From positions 806,001 to 870,000 of the forward strand of contig RSEE01000002.1 of the NCBI GenBank assembly GCA_003971905.1: a DNA stretch of 64,000 nucleotides. The letters run 5' to 3'. Under the pieces are notes generated by a model. That model worked only from the letters and a program-made list of their open reading frames with translations, ran no database searches and was not told the origin of the DNA. Positions 39,119 through 51,112 of the stretch are shown piece after piece; position 1 is the first letter of the stretch; every line of letters starts with the position of its first letter. Position numbers and translations under genes: made by a program. Source of the stretch: Moniliella sp. 'wahieum' (lineage: Eukaryota).

Positions 39119-40774
39119 CCGTGGTGGCGCTTCCAAGTAACCCCCGCAAGATGAACGGTTAGGTTTAGACGTAGCGCTCCCCCTGTCCCAGCCTTAAGCT
39201 CTGCCAATGAAATGGAGGTGGAGATGGAGGGCGAGGCCCTAGGGTTAAACGTTAAACGCTAAGTGTGAAGCTTCAAGCTTCGCGCTTGACGCTGGAAGCT
39301 CGAAGCCGCGTGCGCGTTGCGCGTTGCTATTTTGCTGCCACGGCCAGCCAAGTACCAAGGGAAGCAAAGGATGCGCTGGTAACTAGTAGAGAGAAGGAAA
39401 CAAGTTCGGCGGAGAGCTGTGAGACATGTGAGATCTGAGAGATCTGAGGAGGTTTACCTAATTATCGATTATCTCGATTAACTACAAGAGGACCGTGACG
39501 CGTGACGCGTGACAAGTCGGCCTTATGATGATTGCACCCGCATGTGCTCGATGCTTTTCAACGTGTACACTGCCCCATGCCCGTTCCGTGACTTTGCAGC
39601 CTCACTGATACTGACCTTAAAGCTTAAGCTTAAAGCTTCAAGCTTAGTTGTCGATTATCGAACATTGCATGATCTAGATAGAGATCATCGATCATCGCAG
39701 GCAGTTTGCTTGGGGCATCTTTCTCCCTTCTGAGATATGAAGAGTAGGATTGGCCAGGCTGGAAGAGGCAGTGACATGTGAGGCATCACCTGAGGCCTGA
39801 GGCTCAGGCCTGAGGAGCCCCTGCCTGAGGCCAGGGAGCAGGATGGTCACCGGTCACCCTCAGGTGTCACGGGCGGGCGCCGCCAGGGGCCCGCCCTGGG
39901 GTTTTTTGGGGTACAATCCCTTAGGCGACGGTAGGTCGACTCACGGTAGTTTCGGGATTAGGCTGGTTGGTGTGTCCGAGCGGAGCTAGGGGCGAGGAGA
40001 GGCCTTTGGTGGGTTAGCTGCACGTGTGGCAAGGCTGCCTCTGCACCGGCTTGGGCCGTAGTAACGTGTCTGAAGCCTCCGGGACTTAGGGACGGGAGGA
40101 GGCAGAGGGGACAAACACTGCCTCAACTGAGACTGGGAATCGCCGCGACCGAAGGAGGGCTCGCGCGATTGGACTGACGAAGGGCTGGAGGACGAGGTCG
40201 GAGGAGATGTCGGACGCTAACAAGAGGAGCTGCCTGTACTGGATCAATTGGCTGGAAAACGGGCAGGAGTCGGACAGGATAGGCGGGAAAGGGACGAAGT
40301 GGAGACGAGAGGATGACGAGAATGGAAGGTGGGGGAAAAGATCCCCATCAACCAGGGGTACAGGCAGGATCAAAAGGGAAACGGATACAAGAGGGGGGTG
40401 TAGAAAGGAAGACATGTCAAAAGCGGGGTTGGTCGCCACAGGCGCGACCGAGAAAGGAAACGGAAACGGGGACGGGACGGCAGATGCCGCCACGGCACTG
40501 GAAGCTCGGTGGCCTTATTTAGGCCGGCCGACTTGGACTTGGGCGGGGGGCGACTATTGTCGCACGGAGCATGACCCTTCGGGCCACGGTACTTAATTTA
40601 GCCAACCGTCATCACACTTGATTGGCCTGCGGTGCACGTCTACTTGGCATGTGCGGAGCAGGCGGGCCTTAGCTTGGCTCGGACCATCTTGGGTCCGCCG
40701 CAGCCCGTGACATCAGGGTTCCAGGCCCTGAGCCTCAGGCTGTTAGACTGTGATCCTGCAGCTGCTCTTATCCC

Positions 40775-40846
40775 GGCTCGATAGCGTAGTGGTAACGCAT
40801 CCCTGGCCAATAGGCGATGACATGGGTTCGAATCCCATTCGAGTCT
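40775..40846 (+). tRNA. tRNA-like gene, 72 nt, apparent anticodon CCA (Trp) in an atypical anticodon arm; possibly a pseudogene
   Basis: Acceptor GGCTCGA/TCGAGTC, D arm GCGT-AGTGGTA-ACGC, T arm ATGGG-TTCGAAT-CCCAT, intact A and B boxes. Anticodon stem TCCCT/AGGCG has a C:C mismatch and the loop GGCCAAT lacks U33. Confidence 0.7.
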
Positions 40847-40920
40847 CTTCTTTCCGTCACTATTTCCCCCGGGCTGTGCCTTCTCACACAGGCCTCAGGC
40901 GCACAACAGTATTTCCCCTT

Positions 40921-40946
40921 TTACTAGTTACTAGTTACTAGTTACT
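40921..40946. repeat. (TTACTAG)x3.7 heptamer repeat built on the ACTAGT palindrome
   Basis: ttactagttactagttactagttact. Confidence 0.95.
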
Positions 40947-40992
40947 ACTCGTATCCAAGACTGGATGCACAACAGCAGAGAAGCAAGCCTGT

Positions 40993-41270
40993 TGTTGCGA
41001 CGGTGACTCGGTGACTGGCTTCACCGATCGCGGCGCACTGCCGGCCTCACTAGCTCACTAGCACCGTGGCACCGCGGGCTGCGAAGACTGCTGATGCAGA
41101 TGCATGATGCGCGCGTCCCGCGTAAGCGCGTAAGCAAGCCAAAGACCAGTAGTGGCCTTCTCCTGTAGCCCTCGTCCTGCTTCCCACGAACCAACGCCTA
41201 TATCTCGCCCGCAATCGATCGCCTACTCCTACGCTTAGAGATCCAATTGCATTGCGGTTCCATAGCGGGC
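40993..41270 (+). repeat. Dispersed repeat, copy 2; homologous to 6200-6436 with several short insertions
   Basis: Manual alignment to copy 1. Confidence 0.9.
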
Positions 41271-42312
41271 GGACCAGGACGTCGCTACACTGTAGCTGTA
41301 GCAAAAAAAAAAAAATATCAAGATATACTCTGTACACAACGTACACAGTACTCGTTGAACGTTGAACGTACTGAACGTTGAGACGTTGAGGAGTACTCGA
41401 CTCGCTCTCGCCCTGAGCGGTGAATATGAATATGAGGTGCATGCCACCCAAAGGGAAGCAGTGCAACCCCATCCTCTGTCCCGTCGTTGCAGATCTCGCC
41501 GGGCCCGGCACGTACTCCCGCAACGGCGATGATCGGTGATCGGTGGTCAGTGACTGGGTGACCAGGAGACAGGGCAAAGCGGTTACGCGTTCCGCGTAGC
41601 GCATACGCGAAACGTACCAAAGGCATCAGCGCGTGAGCATGCCACATGGGGTACTGAGTAATACCTGAGCCTGGCGTTGTCGATAGGTGATAGGGTCGCT
41701 AGCCGGTGGGAGGTACCTGGAGGCCTGGAGCCTGGAGCCTGGAGTGCCGAGGGCGAATAAGCTACATACTGCCACGCGCCACGGCGGATGGCTGGTACGC
41801 GCTATCCGACAGTCGCTTGGTGCCTGTCCCATGTCACATGTCACACTTCACTTAGTCGCTAGCCCACAATCATCGGTGGGCATCACCCACCACCGATCAG
41901 CTCGCTTAAGGCCTTCAGAGCGTTTAGCGCTTTTGCCTCGTTGTAAGGTTGGAAGGCCCCAGTGCGCATCGAATTCTGACCCACAGTTGCGTGCGCTCGC
42001 AGACGGCGTGTGTGGCCCAACCATACAAAGCGGCCGCAACCAATCCCTTCCGTTTGTCCATCTCCCCACTTCATCCTCTCCCACCACCCCACCTCCTCCT
42101 CCCCTTCCCCTTCCCCCTTCCACTTCCCTTTCCCGCGCCCGTTACGCGGCCCCGCCCCTGTAGCCTCTCCGCTGCGAGACATTCTTTTGCCTCTCCCTTC
42201 CTCCTTCCCCTTTCCCCTTCCCCCCCGTCGACGCATAGCAGCAGTACTGTGTACTGCCCTCTGTCGTCTCCCTCCCGTTGCCAGATCTGCTCGCACTCGC
42301 CAGCAAGCAAAC

Positions 42313-44025
42313 ATGATTGCTGCCCCCCACGACACTCGCCTTGTCCGCTCCCACAGTGCCCACTCTGTATCGAGTACCACCCACTCGGCACGCCGTGGCA
42401 GCCTGATGGCAGTCACCAAACGCCACTCCATGCGTCTCCACCCTCCAGCCGCAGCCACATCGGCAGCCGCGTCGACTGCCATGCGTCGCAATTCTTCCAG
42501 CAACCACAATCACCCTGTCTCACACAGCATTTCTGCAGCCGCCCTTCCGCTTGCATCCCACGATGTGCCCAAGAGTACACCCCTGCCCCAGGCCCTGGAG
42601 GCCCATTCCATCTCATCTTCTACATCAATGTCGTCCAAGCCTGCTGTGCTTGCCGATTTGACCGAAACTCCCTTTCCCCCAGCCCTGCCGCCCGCGCTTA
42701 CCAGGCGAGAACGCCTGCGGCGCTCTGCATCATCAAAGATGGACATCTTTGATGATGAGTATGCGGACGAAATTGTGGCTCACATGCTCCGCCTTGAGGT
42801 GAGTGGCCCTTTGCTGTGTACAAGGAAGAGCTTTCATATGAACTGACAGTACTGGTTCTACAGCAGAAAAACAAACCTGATTTGGCCATGATGGACTCTC
42901 AGCCTGAGGTGTCTTGGGTGATGAGAACCTTTTTGATCGACTTCCTCATCGAGATGCATTCCACGTTCCAGTTTGAGCCAGAAACACTCTATGTGAGTGT
43001 GGGGCTACTGGATCGCTACCTCAGCAGGAGGGTGGTGCTCAAAAAGCACTACCAGCTTGCAGGTGCGGCGGCTATGTGGATTGCATCCAAGTACGAAGAC
43101 GCTAAGGACACGGTGCCTTCCGCGAGCGAGTTGGCCGTCATGTGTTGCAACTCGCTGGAGGAGTCGGCATTCCATCAAATGGAGTCCCACATCTTGTCGA
43201 CCCTGAACTATTCCTGTGAGGGGCCCTCGCACGAGACCTGGCTACGCATCTACCTCTCCCGTCACAGTTCGCCGTCCGACTCATCATCCACCGTGAATGT
43301 GGCAGCAGTGGCACGGTTGCTCATGGAACTGAGCTTGTACCATCGTGATCTCATCCCCATCGCGCCCAGTGCAGTGGCGCGGGCAAGTCTGTGGCTCGCT
43401 CAGCTCATTCACTCATCATCCGAACCTCTATCTGCGACGGTGGCGCACGCCAAGCGCGTGCTCGACCCCGAGACGGCGCAGGCAGCTACCTCGCTACACC
43501 AACACCTCGCCACGGACTCCATGTCGGGCATTGTACCGTAAACACTCGGATGCTTACGCTCTTGTCCGCGCCGCGTTTCAACGCACGCGCTCCAGTGGTC
43601 AGATGCTTCTCACGCCTTCCCCGAAGAGCAAGACTGTGCAGACACCGTCGGTCTGTACGCCACCTTACGGAGGCACCGTGGGCCTTCCCGGCATGGAAGC
43701 AGGAGCCATGTCGCCGACACCAAGTTTATGGCTCACACCCGCTCCATGTCGACACTCAATTCCGACGACGATGATGAGGGCCCCCTCACACCGTGTACCT
43801 TCATGTCGCCCCTACCCTCGGCAAATGGGGAGTTGCCCGTGGATCAGGGTGACTGACATTGATCTCGACGTGGTTGGCTTGGGGCTCGGCGGCCCTTCTC
43901 CCAATAAGGGCGCTGCGACCAATAGCTTAGACCTCGTGTTGGATGTTGCCTCTCCGTCCTTGAAGCGAGCCGAGTCGGTGATCCCTTTGTCGGGTCCCCA
44001 GATCGTTGTTAACAATGGGATCTGA
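42313..44025 (+). CDS. G1/S cyclin (Cln1/Puc1/Ccn1 type); intron 42799-42863 (NAGNAG acceptor); frameshift near 43535
   Basis: Cyclin box EYADEIVAHM..QPEVSWVMRTFLIDFLIEMH..PETLY..LLDRYLSRRVVLKKHYQLAGAAAMWIASKYEDAKD.VP..MESHILSTL, with an S/T/P-rich tail. Confidence 0.9.
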
Positions 44026-47000
44026 ATCCCCTCTATCCTGTCCTTCCAACTGGGTTTGATTTGGCGTTTGCCCCCCCTACCCCCGTGCCCCCGTGCCCAT
44101 CCTACTTTGTGCCCCCTATGCCTGTAGATTCCTCCTCGTCTTTTTTAAGAGTGCCCAGCCTTCTTTGTGCTACACATCTCCTTGACCTACTCGTCACACG
44201 TTATTATCAATCAATATCATATTTTTTGTCCAAAAAGCTGTCGGTATCCACAAGAGCATTGCCTTTCTGGGTGCATCTTCTACACTGTGGCCCAGAACAT
44301 TGACAGGACTTGAAGCTTGAGACTGGGTTAAAGAAACGCTGCGCCGAAATCGACTTGCTCATCCGGCGTGTGTTGTGTGTGGCGCCAAGCTCGTTATTTA
44401 GGAAACCAGAGGAACCACCAACAAACCTTTGACCGTCTTGCGCGCCACCTGCATGAGGGAGATTATGCATGTTAACTAAGGTATACCAACTTGTATACCA
44501 CACAGTGTTTCAGGAACGGAGCTACACCCCCAAAGTCCCAATGGCTCCACTCGGCATAAAAAGCGCGGTATAAACAATCCAAGCCAGTGCCGAATTGCCG
44601 CGACGTTTTCCTGAGTGATATAAAGGGGCCGGCGTCCGAGCTAGTGTGTTACATGTTAACTGTGAGCGGCTGAAGGCTGAGGTAGTATATGTCATCGTGT
44701 GCAACGTGGAACCTGCATGACAGCTCCGGTGTCCGCAACTGACTAGGAAATGGGCATATTAGCGGAGCATGCCCAGAGCAGAAAGGAGGGACAAAAACAC
44801 AGCGGCGAGAAGCGAGGAATAGAAGCAGAAGTGAGACACAACCCTCGCAACCAGAGCAAGAACAGAGGCTTCAAGCTTCATTAGGAAAGCAGCGGAGGCG
44901 TCTCACTTGAAGCTTGAAGCTTGACGCGCGACGCGGCAATAAGTCTCAGCACGCACGTTGGGGCAGAAGCTTTAGCAGAAGGGCGAAAATGCATGTGCTC
45001 CCGCATTCTCCCTCTCTGGTTGATGCAGTTGATGAGATTGACGATGAGCTTGAGATCTGAGAGGCCTCCTGGATTCCTGATTGCAAGGGTGAATTCTTAG
45101 CCGAAAACCTTTCCTGAGCGCTCAGACTGTGAGTTGGCTCAATCTATCCTGCAGACCCTACTCGATTCCCACCGGCTCCAGCCTTCAGTACTCAGTGGAG
45201 CCTCGAAGCTGCTCTCCAGGAGCTCGCGCATACCACCCTTACCAGCGGCTTAGTTCACATTTGGGGGAAAGGTTGTACCTTAACGAGATCAATACCTGCG
45301 TTCAAACATCATCTGTTGGACCACTAATAAGAACTCACGACTCAGTACTCGGTACTCAGTGTAATACTCAGTACGTTCAATGAACGCGCATTGCGCGTTG
45401 AATGGTTGAACGTGGAGAAGTCTCAAGTTGGGCCTGCAGGCTGTGCGGATGCAGCGCAGACAGAACGGGGAGGAAAAACAGATGGATAGTGAGTCTCAGT
45501 ACTCAGACTGAGGCCCTGAGGCCTGTGACTAGTGACTGGAGGCATCAGCCAAAGGAAATGGTCAAGTGGCATATGGGTAGTGGGTCTAGGGTCGGTGGCA
45601 GGTGGTGTTGGGTAGTGGCCAAGGAGGAGTGAGTACTGAGTTAGGTCCCTGAGTCTTGAGGGCAAAGTGGGTGGGATGGTGGTGGAAGGATGGGGGCGGA
45701 GGGATGGTGGCGATTATGCTGGCTTTTGCGGCATGGCCGGAGGAGGGAGCGGCCGGGCAGCTGAAGACCAACACGACTAACCTATACTGGCCCTGTGGCT
45801 AGATCCTCGCTTCATCTTTTACCTGTGGCATCTCATCGCTCAGCGATCGCTCAGCGTGGGCATGCTAACTTTGAACGTTTGAATCGCAACTGCTAGCCTT
45901 TGAAATTGGAACGGGCCAACACGGGGACTGTACTGGCAGGGGCGTCTGCGGCCAAGATCGACGGCAGGAATTTTGCGGCGGGGGGCTGGGGTGTGGGCTG
46001 GTGTGTGCTGGTGCCCGCTGGTGTGGGACATCCGGTGGGCAGTGTGTGTGTGGGACGCAGCTGGAATGACTAATGATTAATGAACGTTGAACAGCGTGAC
46101 GGCCTAGGGCGGCCTCTGTCTGCCTGTCGCGGCCTGGCATGGATTGTGTTGATCGATGAGACGGCGCCACAAAGGCGGGATCGTGGATAGGAGAAGGTGG
46201 TGGATATTGGATGCAATCGGCACAGGGTGTGTGCTGCGGGAGGGTAGCTGGTAACCGGGGTAACCGGTAACCGGTAGCCAGCAAGCAGCATCCTGTACCA
46301 CGCAGCCTGCAACCAGGAGTGGGTAGCATGCCGGTAGCTCAGTCTGAATCGGAGAGCAAAGGGCGGCGCAGAGGGTGATGGGATGGCACGTGACGCGTGA
46401 CGCGTGAGGGCGACGCGTGGCATGTGACATGTGACATGTGACATGGGGCATGGGGTGATGCATGATGGTGATGGGGTGCGGCGTGGCGGGCGTGGCGCGT
46501 AGATGGCCGCCGGCCGATGGCCACTGGAGGGCGTGGGCAGGGACTGGCAGGGACTGGATCAAGGCACAATTGGGAGTGAGCGCGGGGAGGTTGAGATCTG
46601 AGAGAGCAGGGTGGTGGGAGAGACACTAGTCACTGGTGCACTACGGGGCGGGTGCGCATGGCGGGGAGCAGTGCCGGGGCAAGCGGGAGTGCCTCGTGCC
46701 TAGCCAAGAGCAGGGCCGAGGACCCAGGCAATAAGCGCAAGCTCGCCCAGCCGCCAGCTGCACGCCCATCCACCAAACCGTCAATCGGGGTTGGACGTTG
46801 GCTGCTCCGCTGGCGCCGAGGCTCGGCGTTCACCTTCGCTTGAACGTTCAACTTGGCGCGCACCGCGGCCGATTGTGTGCACACAGCTGCTCTTGGCTCC
46901 GCCCGCAGCACCACCTGCCTCCTCCACGCGCCAGCCGAGGCCAGCCATCAGCATAGCCGCTCCCGGCTAAACGCCAACACCTGCGTGTCTGCCCTCAGGC

Positions 47001-47074
47001 CCAGTTGCCTCGCCGCCCTCACCACTCGCCTCTCCGCGCCCTCCCTCGCCCCCTCCTCCCCCCCCCCCTGCGCC

Positions 47075-50000
47075 ATGGCCATCACCCAGCTCCAATCCGC
47101 CCGCCGCGCCCCCTCGCCCACCCACGCCGCCACCTCACGCCGTGCCTCGCTTCTCGGCCGTCCTGCCCATCGCCCCCGCTCCACCCAGCCCAGTCTCCTC
47201 CCGCCCACCCCTCGGCTAGCCCCGCGCCTGCCCCCGCCATGGCCATCCGTGCTCATGCCCCTGCCCCTGCCCCTCCGCCCCCCGGCTCAGTTCACGCCAG
47301 TCGCCGCCCCCCACCCGCGCCGCCCCCCTCATCAACCACCACGCCTCTTCTTTGCCCGTCCCGATCGGCCCCGTCCTGCCACCCGCCTGGAAAGAGAAAA
47401 AAAGCGCGAGTTCAACGACCCAGCCGTCATCGGTCCATGGCAGATCGGCGCCCTGATTGGTACCGGCGCTTCTGGTGTTTGTCCCTACACTCTCCATAGT
47501 CATGCTCGTGCTGACCGTCCCAGGCCGAGTGCGCCTCGCCCATCATGCCAAGACGGGCGTCAAAGTCGCCGTCAAGATCATTCCCCGCTATCAGCTCGAG
47601 GCCAAGCTGGCCGCCACGGGCTCAGGCCCTGAGGTCCAGAAGCGTCTCCAAAAGATGGAAATCGGTATTGAGCGTGAAATCATTGTGATGAAGTTGATCA
47701 AGCACGACAACCTGCTCTCGCTCATTGATGTGTATGAGACCAAGAAGGTTCTCTACCTTATTATGGAGTATGTCGAGGGAGGCGAGTTGTTTGATCACCT
47801 CGTCGCTTGCGGCCGCCTCGAGGTTAACACTGCCCGCGACTACTTTCGCCAAATCATGTTTGGTGTAGACCACTGTCACTCTTTCAACATTTGCCATCGC
47901 GACCTCAAACCCGAGAATCTACTCCTGTCCAAAGACAAGCGCCAAGTCAAGATTGCCGACTTTGGCATGGCAGCACTTCAGCATTCGGGCCGCATGTTGG
48001 AGACCTCATGCGGCAGTCCGCATTACGCTTCTCCCGAGATTGTAAGCGGCAAGTCGTACGTGGGTGCCGCAACCGACATTTGGTCATGCGGCATTATCCT
48101 CTTCGCCCTTCTCTGCGGTCGTTTGCCGTTTGATGACCCCAACATGAGCACCCTTCTGCAAAAGGTAAAGGATGGCCGCTTTGAAATGCCACGTCATCTA
48201 CGCGACGAGGCGGCCAAGGACCTAATCCGCCGCATGCTAGTCGTTGACCCACGGAACGCTATACGATGGCGAAATCTTCCACACCCTTGGTTCAACGATT
48301 ATGGCCGCTTGTCATCAATCAACCCTGTGCCGGTGTGTGACCGATTCGGGCCCGATTGAACTCCCCTTGCTCTGGAGGAGGACGACATTTTCCGTGGTCT
48401 TACCTTCCTTTTCCAAGGGTACAGCAAGGAAAAGTTGCAGGCAGAGCTCTGTTCTCCGATGGATACTTTGCCCAAACGATTTTACCGTTTGTTGCTGAAA
48501 AACCAGCTCGCTGCCGAAGAGGAGGAGGAGGAAGAGGAAGAGGATGGGGACTTGGTCACAGGTTCTTCCAACGGTTCGACAGGCACGTATGCCGCCGAGC
48601 ATTCATATTTGGGTAACTCGTCCGCACCGCCGAACTCTCGCCCTCACCCTGACGCTTCCTCCATCGCGTCCAACCCTGCATTCCCGGCTGCCTCTCACCC
48701 AGTTCGAGCCCGGCTCCACTCCCACAAGAGCTGCACACTACCTCGGCCAAGGTGGTTGCCCCCCACTCCCCCTTGACCTCAACTGGCAGTCCACAGATCG
48801 GCGCAATCAAACCCGACTTGCGGCACCCCAATGGTGTGACGCCCCAGGCTGCGGGGGTCGCAGCGGAGGCACTGGCTTCCCTGCATGCTTACAATCTGCG
48901 AGATGGGCCTGCTCGTCGCCCGTCTCTGTCGTCTGCCCCACCCGTTGCCCCATCAGCAGCCGCAGCGATCGAAGCACAACGTCATGTCCCTACCCCCACC
49001 AGCCCTGGATTTGGCGCATACACTCCTTTGGCACCCAACACACGCATTGCCCTACTTCTTCTGCTTCAGCTATTCCGATGAAAGGCCATCGAGCGCTCGC
49101 CGTCTTTCGATCGACCCTTCTTCCCCCCAACCCGCTGTGCACTTTGCGCGTGGGGCCACGCTCAGTGATTCAGCCCAGGCGGGGGCACCGCCATCCCTCC
49201 CGGCCTTACCACATGTCGGAGATGACGCAGCAGCCCAGCGCTTCTTCCACGAAGTGGCAACGGAACTTGCCATTCTTCGTGCAGAGGGAGGGAACTCTGA
49301 GCGTAGCAACCGGCTTCAGGCCAAGATTGACCAAGCCCAAGCAGCCTGTGGCGGACCAATACAGCTTCGAATCCCACATCTGGCCGGCGGGCTTCCATCC
49401 ACTTGGCGTCGCACCAGTTTCCCCGCTCTCTCTCCAGCAGCGCTGCCGTCAACATGGAGGCGAGAGGTCAAGCAGGTTGGGACCGCTTCACCTGCAGGCG
49501 CAAAACTTTCTGTCCCCCCAAGCCCAGCATATGAGGTTGCACGTTTGGGCGGTTCAAGTCGGCGGGGATCTACCAGCAGTGCAATGAGTCGTGGACGGTC
49601 AGATGGTACTACCCCCCGCAGCGATCGGTTCCAGGATGCGGATGAGGACGAGGGAGAGCCCGAACTGGGCGATGGCAAGCCGAGACGGGCTCTTACCTCT
49701 TTAGTCGCCGTACTTCGGTCTTGTCAGGCACGAGTCTACTGCCGCAGGTCATTCTCCTGCGCCTGCCTTTTCCCCAAAGCCTGCATCAGTCTTAAGTTGG
49801 GGTTGCCGAGCCAATCTAACCCCGGGGGATGGGAGAGAAGTGGTGGAGCGGGACGGGAACTCAGTCGGCGGTTAAGTGGTTCGGCAGCCCTGTCCAGCAC
49901 TTCAACGGCCAACTCGGGCGGGACGTCTTTCCTGAACGCCAACAGGAGCGGCACCAGCAGTCCATACTCTCCCATTTCCCCCGGCCTCACTGCCTTGCCT

Positions 50001-51112
50001 CCTCTCACCTTCAACCCCACCAACGAAGGCGACTTTAGCCTAGCCTTCACCGCCTCGGCAAAGAGCCGAGCACCGCGGCTTCTTCGGCTGAGCCCACTGT
50101 GGGGGCAAAGAGCTCCCTTCCGGATTTATCCCTCGGGCTAAGAATGAGCCACACCCCCGATGGGCACGTCCGGCTTACCCACCGGATCCGGCAACAGCTC
50201 TCGTCTTTCCTCTCGCCGCGTCACTGGGTCATCCAATGGATGCGGAAGCCCCGCGATAGGGTCTGCAGCGACGGATCCCAATCCCTTGTTCAGGAGTGGC
50301 TCAGGGGGTAATGATCCCGGGCCGCACGGCCTTTCCTCACCCAATCCTTTTCCCGGTGGTTCTCTTGGCCGTGCGACGGGTATGGGTGCTCTGACCAATG
50401 CTTTGGGTTTGGAGCCTCATCCGAATGGGCCCGGTTCCCGCCCGTCATCGCGCATCTACTCGCGTCCCGCCTCCGCTGCTGGCTCGACCTCGTCCCCTCC
50501 CATTGCGTCTTCGGCACGGGCTGTCAGTGCGGACGCTACGCACGCTATGGGGGGCTCGGCGAACGTGCCTCCGACAAAGCCCCGAGAAAGCCGAGTTGAC
50601 CCGTCTGCAGCAACGCAACCCGGGTCTGGCCATTCGTATTACGGGGCACAAGGATGATCCGCCCTACCCCAGTCCTGAAACGCCGGGTGGCATCCAGAGT
50701 CCTCGCCAAGCTTCGTGGTTTGGCAGCATTTTCAACCGCAAGCCCACGTCCTACCTCTACTCGTCGGAGGATGTGGCGCAAACGCGACAGACGTTGTCGG
50801 CGCTGCTTTCCCAAGTGGCTTCGGTGGCGATGGCGGATACGCCTGTTCCTCGTCTTGCCCGCCTGGCTCGGTATGGTACGTGGTACGGCGACCAGTGCCA
50901 AAAAGACAGTCAAGTTCCGTGCGGAGCTGTGTCCGCTTTCGCTTCCTCTTCCTCTTCCGCTTCCGCTTGCCGGGCGTGGCGAGGAAAGGCAAGGGCCACC
51001 AATGGGCAGCCAAGTGCGCATCAACCTCTTCCATGAACGTGGCTCGCATGCCACCTTTAAATCCCTTCATCTCGCCTTGCGACAAAAGTGGACCTTGGAT
51101 CCGAGCTTGTGA
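47075..51112 (+). CDS. Ser/Thr kinase of the Nim1/Gin4/Hsl1 (CAMKL) family with KA1-like C-terminus; intron about 47476-47523; start uncertain
   Basis: IGPWQIG..IGTGASG|RVRLA, VAVKII, IEREIIVMKL, EYVEGGELF, HRDLKPEN, IADFGMAAL, LETSCGSPHYASPE; C-terminal SWFGSIF..VKFRAEL..HERGSHATFK. Confidence 0.9.

Noticed and set aside
39241..39860. Run of restriction sites (HindIII, SpeI, BglII, ClaI, MluI, StuI, AgeI) resembling a vector polylinker
   Set aside because: The sites are scattered in all intergenic regions, tandem and degenerate, and dominated by A....T palindromes. No vector backbone is present.
40086..40600. ORFs on both strands in purine-skewed DNA
   Set aside because: No recognisable domain or splice structure. 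It may be a TE relic but cannot be supported.
44479..44498. Hairpin ggtatac-caactt-gtatacc (similar ones at about 39871 and 57793) as a Helitron end or terminator
   Set aside because: No properly spaced CTRR end or other element evidence; short hairpins are expected in this palindrome-rich DNA.
42313..51112. Cyclin next to a Nim1-family kinase as a cell-cycle cluster
   Set aside because: Adjacency of two genes is compatible with chance without synteny data.
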